From: Candidatus Woesebacteria bacterium GW2011_GWB1_39_12
Lineage (GTDB): Bacteria > Patescibacteriota > Microgenomatia > UBA8517
Direction of reading: 5' to 3'
Length of the DNA: 64,000 bases
NCBI GenBank assembly: GCA_000993405.1
Contig: LBWB01000009.1
Coordinates: forward strand, 77,848 to 141,847
In this document: positions 53,834 to 63,228 of the stretch, in pieces
How the letters are laid out: each line of letters begins with the position of its first letter
Numbering within the stretch: position 1 is the stretch's first letter
Made by a program: the position numbers and the translations under genes
The notes under the pieces: model-generated
What the model saw: only the letters and a program-made list of their open reading frames with translations
The model's database searches: none
What the model was told of the DNA's origin: nothing

Positions 53834-54568
53834 ATGAAAAAATTACCGAACTTCTCCTATGAAAAACGACTTTGGAAAAAAGGCTATAAATTTGTCGCCG
53901 GCTGCGACGAGGTGGGAAGAGGATGTTTTGCAGGACCTGTAGTAGCAGCATGCAACGTATTCATGCCGCAAAATCCAAAAAACAAATTCCAAATTCCAAA
54001 AAATATAAAAATTGATGACTCGAAGAAGTTATCAGAAACCCAAAGAAATATAGCAGCAAAGTGGATTAAAGATAATTGTTTAACCTGGGGAATCGGCATA
54101 GGAAGAGTATCGGAAATAAATAGGTTAGGAATGACAAAAGCAACATCTTCGGCTTTTCGTCGGGCTATTACTAACGCTAATAAAAGGATGGCTTCCCGAG
54201 TAGATTACTTACTCATAGATGCATTTTATATACCATACACAAGGGGCTTACGGATGCCACTAAAAACTGAGAAACTAAAGAATAAAAGAATCAAGGAACT
54301 TAAATATTCAAAATTATCAGGACGACAGTTGGCAATAATAAACGGTGATGAAAAATCTCTTTCAATAGCCGCTGCCTCAATAATTGCCAAGGTTTATAGA
54401 GACAAGTTAATGAAAAACTTAAGTAAAAGACCCAAATTTAAGAAATATGGGTGGGACAAAAACAAAGGTTATGGAACTCGGCAGCATCGAGAAGCAATTT
54501 TAAAATACGGCTCAACAAAATATCACAGAAAAAAATTTGTAGAAACTTATCTTTCCAAAAATAATTAA
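53834..54568 (+). CDS. rnhB: ribonuclease HII
   Basis: 244 aa; …AGCDEVGRGCFAGPVV… catalytic DEVGRG motif; contains an in-frame ccaaattccaaa word repeat. Confidence 0.85.
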   Translation: MKKLPNFSYEKRLWKKGYKFVAGCDEVGRGCFAGPVVAACNVFMPQNPKNKFQIPKNIKIDDSKKLSETQRNIAAKWIKDNCLTWGIGIGRVSEINRLGMTKATSSAFRRAITNANKRMASRVDYLLIDAFYIPYTRGLRMPLKTEKLKNKRIKELKYSKLSGRQLAIINGDEKSLSIAAASIIAKVYRDKLMKNLSKRPKFKKYGWDKNKGYGTRQHREAILKYGSTKYHRKKFVETYLSKNN

Positions 54569-54762
54569 TAGTTTCTTTTTTTCTCCAGTTCTATTTGGAA
54601 CTTGACTCGGGCTTTTTGTTCCTTTCTTTTTTCAGATGGAGGCTTAAAGCGAGCGCGTTCCCTGGCTTCCTGCAGAAGACCTGAGTCCAAAACCTCTTTC
54701 TTGAATCTGGCGATCAACCTGTCTTCGGATTCTCCCCTTTTTTTGACCACGACGACCATCAA
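54565..54762 (-). CDS. rpsU: 30S ribosomal protein S21
   Basis: 65 aa; …LIARFKKEVLDSGLLQEARERARFKPPSEKRK… S21 pattern. Confidence 0.7.
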   Translation of the reverse strand: MMVVVVKKRGESEDRLIARFKKEVLDSGLLQEARERARFKPPSEKRKEQKARVKFQIELEKKRNY

Positions 54763-54890
54763 AAATCGCCTCCTCTCCCTCCGGGCCGAAGGTCAGAAAA
54801 ACCTGAGGCCCTGCTTGTATATAATAATTCATCATACAAATCACCACGCCTATTGTAGCAGAAAAAGCTATAATATGGTAGAATTTCCCC

Positions 54891-55076
54891 GTGAAGGCTT
54901 TATTGGAATATCTAAAAGGCGTTCGAAGCGAACTCTCTAAGGTTACCTGGCCCAAAAGAGATGAGGTCATGAGGTTAACTTTGACTGTTTTTATCATTTC
55001 TGGGATAATTGGAATCTACCTTGGCGTCCTAGATTTCGCCCTCACAAAGTTACTTGAGGTTTTAATTTCAAGCTAG
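54891..55076 (+). CDS. secE: preprotein translocase subunit SecE
   Basis: 61 aa; …ELSKVTWP… followed by a single TM; conserved position before nusG. Confidence 0.85.
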   Translation: MKALLEYLKGVRSELSKVTWPKRDEVMRLTLTVFIISGIIGIYLGVLDFALTKLLEVLISS

Positions 55077-55080
55077 ATCT

Positions 55081-55731
55081 ATGTCCGACGATAACACCCA
55101 AACCATTGCATCTCAAAATTCTGCCTTGGAAACCCCTGCAATAAGCGAGCGAGGAACCGGAAAGAAAAAAATTCCCGGCCATATCGTAATTAACACAAAC
55201 GATAATAAAGACGCAAACTGGTTTGTTGTTCATACAACAAGCGGCCATGAAGTAAGAGTTGCCGAAACCTTGCGTCAAAGGGTCGAAACCATGGGACTTC
55301 AGGACAATATATATGAACTTCTCGTTCCTACTCAGGACAGAGTCGTGATAAGAGGCGGTAAGAAGGCAACGGTCAAGGAAAAGATTTTCCCCGGTTATCT
55401 TCTTATCAAAATGGTAATGAACGATCCTACATGGCTTGCGGTGAGAACTACTCCGGGCATCACAGGTTTCGTGGGCGCCGGCAAAACTCCTACTCCTCTA
55501 TCGGAGACTGAAGTAACAAACATCCAAAAATTCGTTTCAGCTCCTGCAAAGCGCTTTAAGACAAGGTTTACGACAGGTGAAGCAGTAAAAATTACTGACG
55601 GACCTTTTTCGGATTTTCTTGGAACCATTAACGAAATCGATGAAGAAAAAGGGAAAGTAAAAGTTTTAGTCTCAATCTTCGGAAGAGAAACACCTGTTGA
55701 GTTAGACCTTTTGCAAATAGCAAAAGTTTAA
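55081..55731 (+). CDS. nusG: transcription termination/antitermination factor NusG (with ~45-aa N-terminal extension)
   Basis: 216 aa; NGN domain …WFVVHTTSGHE…; KOW …GEAVKITDGPFSDFLGTINEID…. Confidence 0.9.
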   Translation: MSDDNTQTIASQNSALETPAISERGTGKKKIPGHIVINTNDNKDANWFVVHTTSGHEVRVAETLRQRVETMGLQDNIYELLVPTQDRVVIRGGKKATVKEKIFPGYLLIKMVMNDPTWLAVRTTPGITGFVGAGKTPTPLSETEVTNIQKFVSAPAKRFKTRFTTGEAVKITDGPFSDFLGTINEIDEEKGKVKVLVSIFGRETPVELDLLQIAKV

Positions 55732-55744
55732 TATACAATAGATA

Positions 55745-55842
55745 CTACCTCGTTTAAGCTTGACTTAAATCGAGGAAGACAGACCGCCGAAAGGTTTGTC
55801 GAAGACAAAAAAACAAAAATCTTCGATTTTTTCTTCGGCGGA
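55745..55842 (+). promoter_or_regulatory. structured nusG-rplK intergenic leader (two hairpins; candidate L11-operon leader/attenuator)
   Basis: Hairpin cctcgtttaag…cttaaatcgagg; then nested hairpin ccgccgaa…tcgaaga-caaaaaaacaaaaa-tcttcga-tttttt…ttcggcgg. Confidence 0.4.
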
Positions 55843-55879
55843 ATTTCTAAACTAATCACCAATAACCAATCACTAACTT

Positions 55880-56308
55880 ATGGCATCTAAAAAGATAAAA
55901 ACCATTGTTAAAGTCAACTTGAAAGCAGGAGAGGCAACTCCGGCTCCACCCTTGGGTCCGGTATTGGGACAGCACGGCGTCGCCATAATGGAATTCGTAA
56001 AAGCCTACAACGAGCGTACTACCGAAATGAAGGGTGAAACAGTGCCTGCAGTAATAACGATTTACGAGGACAGGAGTTTTGATTTTGAGATAAAGAAAGC
56101 ACCCGTTGCCGATATGATCAAAAAGGCATTGGGCATTGAAAAAGGCTCAGGAACAACTCCGAGAGAAATGGTTGGAATGCTTACTAAAGCACAAGTTGAG
56201 AAAATCGCTAAGGAAAAAATGGATGATTTTAATACCCAGGATCTGGAAGAAGCAAGAAAGATTGTGTCAGGAACAGCAAGAAGTATGGGAGTAAAAGTGG
56301 AAGATTAA
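55880..56308 (+). CDS. rplK: 50S ribosomal protein L11
   Basis: 142 aa; …KAGEATPAPPLGPVLGQHGVAIMEFVKAYN… typical L11. Confidence 0.95.
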   Translation: MASKKIKTIVKVNLKAGEATPAPPLGPVLGQHGVAIMEFVKAYNERTTEMKGETVPAVITIYEDRSFDFEIKKAPVADMIKKALGIEKGSGTTPREMVGMLTKAQVEKIAKEKMDDFNTQDLEEARKIVSGTARSMGVKVED

Positions 56309-56312
56309 TTTT

Positions 56313-57128
56313 ATGGGAAAAACAAAAACAGCATTCGTCGGTGAGGTTGAAGAAAAAAAACTAAGCGGCGAAGAAAAATACAAAGAAAGACAAAAGAAAA
56401 AAGAATCCGTTCAAAAAGAGGAAAAAGTTCATGTTGCCGGATTAAAGGGGGGGCAGAGGATAAAAGTTGTGGAGGCAGAAACATTACCCACAGAGGTCGT
56501 AGAGGAATCCACAGAAGCCGGAGAAAAGAAAAAAGTCATCAAGAAAAAAATTCGTGGTAAAAATTATCTTCAAGTTAAATCAAAAATAGACAGAAACAAG
56601 TTCTATTCAGTCAACGATGCACTAAAACTGGTTAAAGAAACATCTTACTCAAAATTCAACGGAACTTTTGAAATGCATATTGTAGTCAAAAAGGTAGGCT
56701 TATCGGAAAATGTCACCCTCCCCCATTTCGAAGGAAAAGCAAAAAGAGTTGAAGTTGCCGATGATAAAACCATTGAAAAACTCAAAAAAGGCAAAATTGA
56801 TTTTGATGTACTTTTGGCAACCCCCGACATGATGCCGAAATTGGTTCCATTTGCCAAAATTCTGGGTCCTAAAGGACTCATGCCAAATCCAAAGAATGGA
56901 ACTATTATCAAAGGTAACAAAGACGTTGAGAAATTTTCAGGGAACTCTTTGACAATAAAAACCGAAAAAGACGCGCCGGTTATTCATACAGTCGTAGGCA
57001 AAGTCAGCCAGCCGGAAAAAGAGTTGGAAGAAAATATTGAAAGCGTCTTAAATGCAGTCAATAAAAAACAGATTGTCAAAGCCTATCTCAAATCCACAAT
57101 GTCGCCATCTGTAAAATTATCTGTCTAA
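56313..57128 (+). CDS. rplA: 50S ribosomal protein L1 (with ~50-aa Lys/Glu-rich N-terminal extension)
   Basis: 271 aa; L1 core …FDVLLATPDMMPKLVPFAKILGPKGLMPNPK…. Confidence 0.9.
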   Translation: MGKTKTAFVGEVEEKKLSGEEKYKERQKKKESVQKEEKVHVAGLKGGQRIKVVEAETLPTEVVEESTEAGEKKKVIKKKIRGKNYLQVKSKIDRNKFYSVNDALKLVKETSYSKFNGTFEMHIVVKKVGLSENVTLPHFEGKAKRVEVADDKTIEKLKKGKIDFDVLLATPDMMPKLVPFAKILGPKGLMPNPKNGTIIKGNKDVEKFSGNSLTIKTEKDAPVIHTVVGKVSQPEKELEENIESVLNAVNKKQIVKAYLKSTMSPSVKLSV

Positions 57129-57139
57129 AACCTAGAATG

Positions 57140-57175
57140 CTCGCCAGCCGAAGTCTTAACGTAGGCGGGAGCCTA
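57140..57175 (+). repeat. GC-rich hairpin element (empty copy of the GCCCGCCGAAG…GGCGGG family)
   Basis: gctcgccagccgaagtcttaacgtaggcgggagcc; the same arms flank tRNA-Thr(GGU) at 43088-43195. Confidence 0.55.
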
Positions 57176-57204
57176 TTTGTAAAAGCATAAGTATAATTCT
57201 TTAC

Positions 57205-58266
57205 TTAAATAGTCCTGTTCCCCGATATTGCAGAAGTAATGTCTTCAACTATTCCATTCTTACATTCCCCACATAAATTTTTTCCTGACATACAAGCTTG
57301 TAATACCTGCTCTAAAGTAGCATCTTTTAAGACTAGGTCTGCAATTTTAAAAAAAGAACATTTATGAGGATTTCCTCCAAGTTTTTCTTGTTCATTCACC
57401 GAACGACCTCCGCTTACTGCTTTTATTAATTTCTTCCGATTTACTTCAGGATCGTCTCCGAGAAAAACAGCCGTATTAGGAACTTCAATAGACATTCTTT
57501 GTCCATTATTGCTTTTTAAACTTGGCAAAAGTAAGCGGTAGGAAAAGCTGGGCGGACTGACATTCAGTCGTCTTGCAACTTTATTTGTAATCTCAGCATG
57601 AGTAACCTGCTTAACATCCGCTGTCACTAGAGTTGGTTTTTCTGGCGAAATTAGCTGAGGCAATAAGAAAGAGGCAGTGAGTGTACCCGGTGTATTTAGC
57701 TGGTTCATGGTAATTTCACCGGCATTCCACCCATACAATCTCAAGAGTTCTGCAATTTTTATTTTATTATCTACAACGGATTTAAGAGATCTTATTTCTG
57801 GTGAATCGACATCCGAATACACATATTGAGGAAAAGCTAAATCCTCTTTCAATACACCCCTTATAACAGTCTTCCAAAATTCTCCTACTTTTGCTCTTGC
57901 CTGATCAGTACTCAAAAAAGTATTTGCTTCATGACCGGATACTACAAAAAAGGGTTCAGCTCCGTGTTTTATATGCCAAGCGATCTCTCGTCCTAAAGTT
58001 ATATGACCCGCATGAAACCGAGAAGGTTTGAAACCAACCAAAAGATTATAACTTTGACCTCGGTCTATTTGATCGAATATCTGATCAGGATCCTTCATTG
58101 CCCAAACACCCGTCTTTGCTAAAGATCTAGCTAAATTTGTACGTAGTCCTTCATATTCTGATAGTGGTGTTAATCCAAATTGTTGAACTTTTTTTCGACT
58201 TTCCTCGCCTAAATCGCCCACCCAGGACATTCTAAGTTCTGACAATAAGCTTGCATTCTCACTCAT
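57205..58266 (-). CDS. class I aminoacyl-tRNA synthetase-like protein (TrpRS-like) with C-terminal Cx21Cx6Cx2C motif
   Basis: 353 aa; HIGH-type motif FKPSRFHAGHITLG; no clear KMSKS; the C-terminal Cys spacing resembles the [4Fe-4S] motif described for Thermotoga-type TrpRS. Confidence 0.5.
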   Translation of the reverse strand: MSENASLLSELRMSWVGDLGEESRKKVQQFGLTPLSEYEGLRTNLARSLAKTGVWAMKDPDQIFDQIDRGQSYNLLVGFKPSRFHAGHITLGREIAWHIKHGAEPFFVVSGHEANTFLSTDQARAKVGEFWKTVIRGVLKEDLAFPQYVYSDVDSPEIRSLKSVVDNKIKIAELLRLYGWNAGEITMNQLNTPGTLTASFLLPQLISPEKPTLVTADVKQVTHAEITNKVARRLNVSPPSFSYRLLLPSLKSNNGQRMSIEVPNTAVFLGDDPEVNRKKLIKAVSGGRSVNEQEKLGGNPHKCSFFKIADLVLKDATLEQVLQACMSGKNLCGECKNGIVEDITSAISGNRTI

Positions 58267-58278
58267 TTTTTCACCTTT

Positions 58279-59097
58279 CTAATTTATAATTGACTGATTT
58301 TTCAAGAAAGTTAATGACTCCATGTATTTTGGTTCGCTGAGATACTTATTGCATTTTTCAAAATATAAATCCGGAAAATCAAATCGGTCATGACTATAAG
58401 CTCCGAAAGCCCAAAACCGGGAAGTATACTCAACAGCTTTTCTATTTATATTTTTCAGTAATCCTCCAGTAAATCTATATTTGTTTCTGCTTATTTTTAT
58501 TACCAAATTTAATTTAATTAAAGTATTTGGCATCGTTTCTCCCATAATTCTCCAAATATCCTGAAATTTGGGTGAAACATAGTGCTTGAAAAAATACGAA
58601 TGATAATGCGGGTACAAAAAGGAGTAAGACTGAAACACACTGGCCACAATATTATTCCTATTTAAATTTTGAATATTCTTATTTTTACTAAGATACACCA
58701 TAAAGGGGGTTATTAATTCTAAAGAGACTGAAAGTATTTCCTTATCATCCATAAGATTTCCTATCGAAATAAACGGGTTTAAAGTCTTACCGCAGAAATA
58801 CCCACCATATTTTCCTTCTCGACCATCTTTTACGAACTCTTTCTTGGGTACGATATAAAGAGTTACAGGATGGTTTTTATAAGAGGCGCTAATTCTTCTG
58901 GGATTACCGTTTGAATTAGTAATCAACATAAAATCCAAATCACTGCCCTCTTTTAACTGATTTGTGATCAGACTGCCATAGACTATCCAGACATGATCTT
59001 TTTTATAACTAGATTCTAGATTTAGCCTCTCAGATAGATACTTGGTTGACTCGACAGCTAGCTTATAATTTTTCTCTGAAACAATAGATTTATACAT
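58279..59097 (-). CDS. nucleotidyltransferase-domain protein (Pol-beta superfamily)
   Basis: 272 aa; …VYGSLITNQLKEGSDLDFMLI… matches the GSx(n)DxD minimal nucleotidyltransferase motif. Confidence 0.6.
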   Translation of the reverse strand: MYKSIVSEKNYKLAVESTKYLSERLNLESSYKKDHVWIVYGSLITNQLKEGSDLDFMLITNSNGNPRRISASYKNHPVTLYIVPKKEFVKDGREGKYGGYFCGKTLNPFISIGNLMDDKEILSVSLELITPFMVYLSKNKNIQNLNRNNIVASVFQSYSFLYPHYHSYFFKHYVSPKFQDIWRIMGETMPNTLIKLNLVIKISRNKYRFTGGLLKNINRKAVEYTSRFWAFGAYSHDRFDFPDLYFEKCNKYLSEPKYMESLTFLKNQSIIN

Positions 59098-60202
59098 ATG
59101 TATGGTAGGACTTATCTATATATTGGAACGGTTGTCCTGCATTTCCAAAAGTTGTCTTTACTGCTTCGGCAATAATTGCGGGCATTAGTTTTTGCTTATT
59201 CCAATAATCTAAGAATCGTATTTCACCAAAATACAATAACCCCAAATATTTATTTATATCCTGAATATCCTTCCAGGTGCCGTTCATTCTTGTAAAGACT
59301 TCTACTGCGACTTTTTGATAATTTTGTATTTCATTATTAAAACCGTAATTATGATTGATGATTATTCTGCCAAACTCAATTTTCATTTCACCTAAAGTTT
59401 CTGCAGAAAAATATCTATAAGACCACCAACCATACATGTGAGAAAGCATTTGCCTCCAATCATTATGAAAACCAGACCACTCCCAATCTACCAAATACCA
59501 GCCGTTACCGCTTACTACAACATTCGATGGCTGAGGGTCACCATGACAAAGTACACCAAATGAAGGAGCATCTACTCTTTCCAAACGCGAAAAACACTCC
59601 TCTAAAGATGGATAAATGACCCCATTAATTTTTAAAGGTAAATTAAAATAATTTTCTAATTTTATATTATCTGAAATTTTTATTTCTTTTACCCCTTTGG
59701 TAATTCTTTCCAATCTTGGTTTATAAGGCCGAGGAGACTCCTCTGAGAGATAGTTATGTTTAGTTTGCTCCCAAACATCAACTAATGAAAAAACCACATC
59801 ACTCCATATAGACAAACATTTAGAGCATGTTTTAGGTTTACTACAAATCAATCGATGTAATGTTTCTGTGCCATATGCATTACTAATCATAATTTCATAA
59901 TTTCCTACTTTTTGAACATTTAAAACTTCTGGTAAATTTTTGTAGTACTTCGATAAAGTCAAATATCTCGCATACTCATCGAATAACGACAGTCTCGGAT
60001 CTTTTACGCATTTTACTGCATAAAATACTTCTTTCTGGGTGTCACCATAAATATAGACCTTTGAATTAGACGATCCTGAATGTACAGATAATAACTGCAA
60101 TCTGTCCGAACTAGTAAGCTTTGTAACTAACTTATGGGCAATTTTTTGAGACATATTATCAAATAAAAATAAAAACCTCCTTTTGGTAGAGAGGTTGTTC
60201 AA
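59090..60202 (-). CDS. phosphotransferase of the APH/choline-kinase (protein-kinase-like) family
   Basis: 370 aa; …LCHGDPQPSNVVV…YLVDWEWSGF… (Brenner HGDxxxxN motif and DWE motif). Confidence 0.7.
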   Translation of the reverse strand: MNNLSTKRRFLFLFDNMSQKIAHKLVTKLTSSDRLQLLSVHSGSSNSKVYIYGDTQKEVFYAVKCVKDPRLSLFDEYARYLTLSKYYKNLPEVLNVQKVGNYEIMISNAYGTETLHRLICSKPKTCSKCLSIWSDVVFSLVDVWEQTKHNYLSEESPRPYKPRLERITKGVKEIKISDNIKLENYFNLPLKINGVIYPSLEECFSRLERVDAPSFGVLCHGDPQPSNVVVSGNGWYLVDWEWSGFHNDWRQMLSHMYGWWSYRYFSAETLGEMKIEFGRIIINHNYGFNNEIQNYQKVAVEVFTRMNGTWKDIQDINKYLGLLYFGEIRFLDYWNKQKLMPAIIAEAVKTTFGNAGQPFQYIDKSYHTYV

Positions 60203-60379
60203 AACTTTATTCTTTAAACGGAATTAAGGAAACAACCTCCTATGTAAGGAGGACAAAGTTTAAGTAAATAAGATTTTTCAAAATAATCACGGTTATACTT
60301 ATTAGTTTAATATACTATAAGATATCTGTCAATCGTAAAATGATATAAAAAATCACCACCTGCTTGTCTAAAAATCTAA

Positions 60380-60556
60380 TTTAGACAATCCGAATTGTCA
60401 ACAAGTGAACTAACTCTTGACCAAACATTCAGATACACATATAATAATCCTGTCCTAAGATAGCGCGCAGTCAAAAGACATAAGACACGCCGAGGCAAAC
60501 AAAGTTTAAGACGCCTCGTGCGTCTTTTTTTTATCGAAGATACGCGAAGTATTGAA
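60380..60556 (+). promoter_or_regulatory. rplJ (L10) leader with attenuator-like hairpin plus T8 tract
   Basis: The hairpin gacgc-ctcgt-gcgtc (about 60510-60524) is followed by tttttttt, immediately upstream of the L10 start. Alternative pairing partners gacacgccgagg lie just upstream. Confidence 0.5.
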
Positions 60557-61075
60557 ATGAGAAAATCTGAAAAACCATTTTTTGTATCAAATTTAACCGA
60601 GGAGCTCAAAGGCGCGAGCTCTGTTATTCTTGTCGACTACTCTGGTTTAACAGTCAAGTTGCAGCAGGATCTAAAAAAGCGCCTGAAAGAGATCGGTTCG
60701 AATATGTTTGTCGCTAAAAACAGACTTTTCAAGTTAGCCGGAAATGAAGCCAAAATGCCTGAAGAAGTCCTGACAGATACCGCTTTAACCGGTCCTACTG
60801 CTTTTATTATTTCCGAAGAAGATCCTATTGCCCCCCTGCAAGTTATTTATAAATTTGCAAAAGAACACGAAATTCCGACTTTCAAGGCAGGAATTGTTGA
60901 CGGTAAATTTCAAGATAAAGAAGCTCTCAAAATATTAGCTCAACTTCCTTCAAAAGAAGTTCTTTACGGACAATTAATGGGAACCATCGCGAGTCCGATG
61001 TACGGATTGGTATCAACTTTGCAAGGAAACTTACAGAAATTAGTATATATATTGAAAACAAAATCACAAGCATAA
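60557..61075 (+). CDS. rplJ: 50S ribosomal protein L10
   Basis: L10 pattern …VILVDYSGLTVKLQQDLKKRL…. The track ORF starts at 60518 inside the leader hairpin; the internal Met MRKSEKPFF (60557) is the more plausible start. Confidence 0.85.
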   Translation: MRKSEKPFFVSNLTEELKGASSVILVDYSGLTVKLQQDLKKRLKEIGSNMFVAKNRLFKLAGNEAKMPEEVLTDTALTGPTAFIISEEDPIAPLQVIYKFAKEHEIPTFKAGIVDGKFQDKEALKILAQLPSKEVLYGQLMGTIASPMYGLVSTLQGNLQKLVYILKTKSQA

Positions 61076-61156
61076 GGGGATTATAAGATAAGAGTGACTA
61101 GTCTCTCTTTGACTCATCACTATCATCCTCTAATCCTTGAATCCTAGATACCAAAG

Positions 61157-61630
61157 GTGGTGATAATTATGACAGATGATATTAAAAAAGAAGAAGTAAA
61201 AACTGAAAAAAAGGATACAAAAGTATCTAAAGGTGTTGAAGCTCTCGTTAACGAAATCGCAAAACTTTCAGTTATGGAACTGTCCGAACTTGTAAATGCT
61301 TTACAGGATAAGCTCGGAGTCAGTGCGGCTGCTCCCATGATGGCCGCGTCGAACGTGGCTGCGCAGACAGCAGGGCAATCCGCAGAAGGCACAAGCGAAG
61401 CTCAATCTGCTTCCGGCGGAACCCAAACCGTAACAATGACTAATGCTGGAGGAAATAAAATAGCCGTAATTAAGGCTTTGAGAGAAATCAACCAAAATTT
61501 GGGACTAAAAGAGGCAAAAGATATGACAGAACAGGTTCCTGCAGAAATTCTAAAAGACGCTAAAGCTGAAGACGTTAAATCCGCTGCAGACAAACTCAAA
61601 GCAGCCGGCGCCACGGTAGAGCTGAAATAA
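61157..61630 (+). CDS. rplL: 50S ribosomal protein L7/L12
   Basis: 157 aa; Ala-rich hinge and C-terminal domain …KIAVIKALREINQNLGLKEAKDMTEQVP…. Confidence 0.9.
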   Translation: MVIIMTDDIKKEEVKTEKKDTKVSKGVEALVNEIAKLSVMELSELVNALQDKLGVSAAAPMMAASNVAAQTAGQSAEGTSEAQSASGGTQTVTMTNAGGNKIAVIKALREINQNLGLKEAKDMTEQVPAEILKDAKAEDVKSAADKLKAAGATVELK

Positions 61631-61671
61631 ATTTCAGTCTACGTGGTAAACCACAGTAGAATTAAAATAAT

Positions 61672-62274
61672 TCACTTAAATATTATCAGTGTGAAGTCTT
61701 TCATACGGTAGTGGTGGCGAAAAATAACTTTTGGGGATAAACTCAAGCAGAATTTTAAAATTTCTAAAGAGTTTGCATACCATACTTTGTATTTTTCTTT
61801 ATTTGTAGGCTGCGGATAGCCTCCTGCCATATTAAATACAACCGCCTCTTTCGCATGATCGAACATAATTTTTATTGCCTTTTCCCTGCAGTCCATAGGA
61901 TATTCAACATTTGAATTTAGAGTTCCCGAAGTAAGAACTATGTCAAACTTTTCTTGCAGAGGTTTGCCAAAATAATCTCCAATAATAAACTCGTGTTCGG
62001 GATGTTTTTTGCGAGCTATTTCTATAAATTCAGAAACCAAATCTATTCCTGTATATTCAAAATGTTTCGCTTTTGCAGAAATAAAGGGAATAATATCCCC
62101 AAAACCGCATCCGATATCAAGAACGCTTTTCCCTTCAATATCAACGTCTGCAACTAGATTTAGGAAGCGAACTTCTTGGGCAACCCTTGATCTAAACCTC
62201 AGAGCTTTAGGACCAACACCAAATTTTTTATAAGAGGCAAGATATCTTTCCTTAATTTTTGATGTTTCGCTCAT
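61672..62274 (-). CDS. class I SAM-dependent methyltransferase
   Basis: 200 aa; motif I …SVLDIGCGFGDI…. Confidence 0.7.
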   Translation of the reverse strand: MSETSKIKERYLASYKKFGVGPKALRFRSRVAQEVRFLNLVADVDIEGKSVLDIGCGFGDIIPFISAKAKHFEYTGIDLVSEFIEIARKKHPEHEFIIGDYFGKPLQEKFDIVLTSGTLNSNVEYPMDCREKAIKIMFDHAKEAVVFNMAGGYPQPTNKEKYKVWYANSLEILKFCLSLSPKVIFRHHYRMKDFTLIIFK

Positions 62275-63154
62275 ATAGAGTTTCGAAATATTTTATAATC
62301 TCTTCTGCAGCATTAATCCCGGTATACTTTTCGAATCCCGTAAACTGGGGACCCGGGTTAATCTCCAAAATATACGGTTTACCCGTATTTTTATTCACCA
62401 TTATGTCTACTCCTGCTATCTCTGTTGCGGTAATTTCACTCAGTTTCTCGGCAATATTTCTTATTTCAGGATACTTTTCTAGATCAAATTTCTCGCCTCT
62501 CCCACCAAGGCTAATATTACTTCTGAATTCATCTTTCTTCGTCGGAACTCGCTTCATGGCTCCGATTGCTTTATACCCAACGGTAAAAACTCTGATATCG
62601 CCGTCGTTTGGAATAAATTCACGAATAACAAACGAGGGTGATTTTTGTTTATTTTCCTCGATCACTTTCTCTACTTCCTCCGGAGAATCTACCTTGAAAA
62701 CACCCCTTCCCTGTCTTCCTTCTGAAATTTTAACAATTAAAGGAAATTCAAAATTATCTATTACCGACCTTACCGACTTTGAGTCAAAAACCAGTGCAGA
62801 TTTTGGGAAAGGAAGCAGATTTTCTGTTTGTTTCAAATAATCGGAGGCTGGGGTTAAGTAATAATTGTAAGAAGAATCAATTACCTTTTTATTAACAATT
62901 ATCGTACGCATCTGCCTATTTAAAAAATTGACGGCCGTATACCACTCCCAGCGTCTTTTCCCCACCGCCCAAAGGTAGATAAGATCGTATTTAAGTTCTT
63001 TACCGCGAAGGGTGGGTTTGAAAATATCGGGCGTTGAATAGATTGTAAGCTCTGACGTATAACATCCTTCAACGGTATGACCACGCTTCTTGCCTTCCTC
63101 TTTAATTCTTTTAAGTTGAGGATTTCTAACAAGACCGACGATTAGAATTCTCAT
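62252..63154 (-). CDS. ATP-grasp ligase of the RimK family
   Basis: 300 aa; …SEGRQGRGVFKV…, …RVFTVGYKAIGAMKR…, …GVDIMVNKNTGKPYILEINPGPQF…. Confidence 0.75.
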   Translation of the reverse strand: MRILIVGLVRNPQLKRIKEEGKKRGHTVEGCYTSELTIYSTPDIFKPTLRGKELKYDLIYLWAVGKRRWEWYTAVNFLNRQMRTIIVNKKVIDSSYNYYLTPASDYLKQTENLLPFPKSALVFDSKSVRSVIDNFEFPLIVKISEGRQGRGVFKVDSPEEVEKVIEENKQKSPSFVIREFIPNDGDIRVFTVGYKAIGAMKRVPTKKDEFRSNISLGGRGEKFDLEKYPEIRNIAEKLSEITATEIAGVDIMVNKNTGKPYILEINPGPQFTGFEKYTGINAAEEIIKYFETLYERNIKN

Positions 63155-63228
63155 GGTTAAATAGTCAAATAGTTATATGGTTTTAATGCTTTTTTAACAA
63201 TTCAGCTATTTAGCCATATAACCATTTT

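Noticed and set aside
54602-54997. 112-aa plus and 117-aa minus ORFs between rnhB and secE
   Set aside because: They overlap the well-supported S21 gene and secE start and have no family features. They are shadow ORFs.
60376-60609. 77-aa minus ORF and the extended rplJ start at 60518
   Set aside because: Both run through the L10 leader hairpin plus T8 tract. The real rplJ start is the internal Met at 60557.
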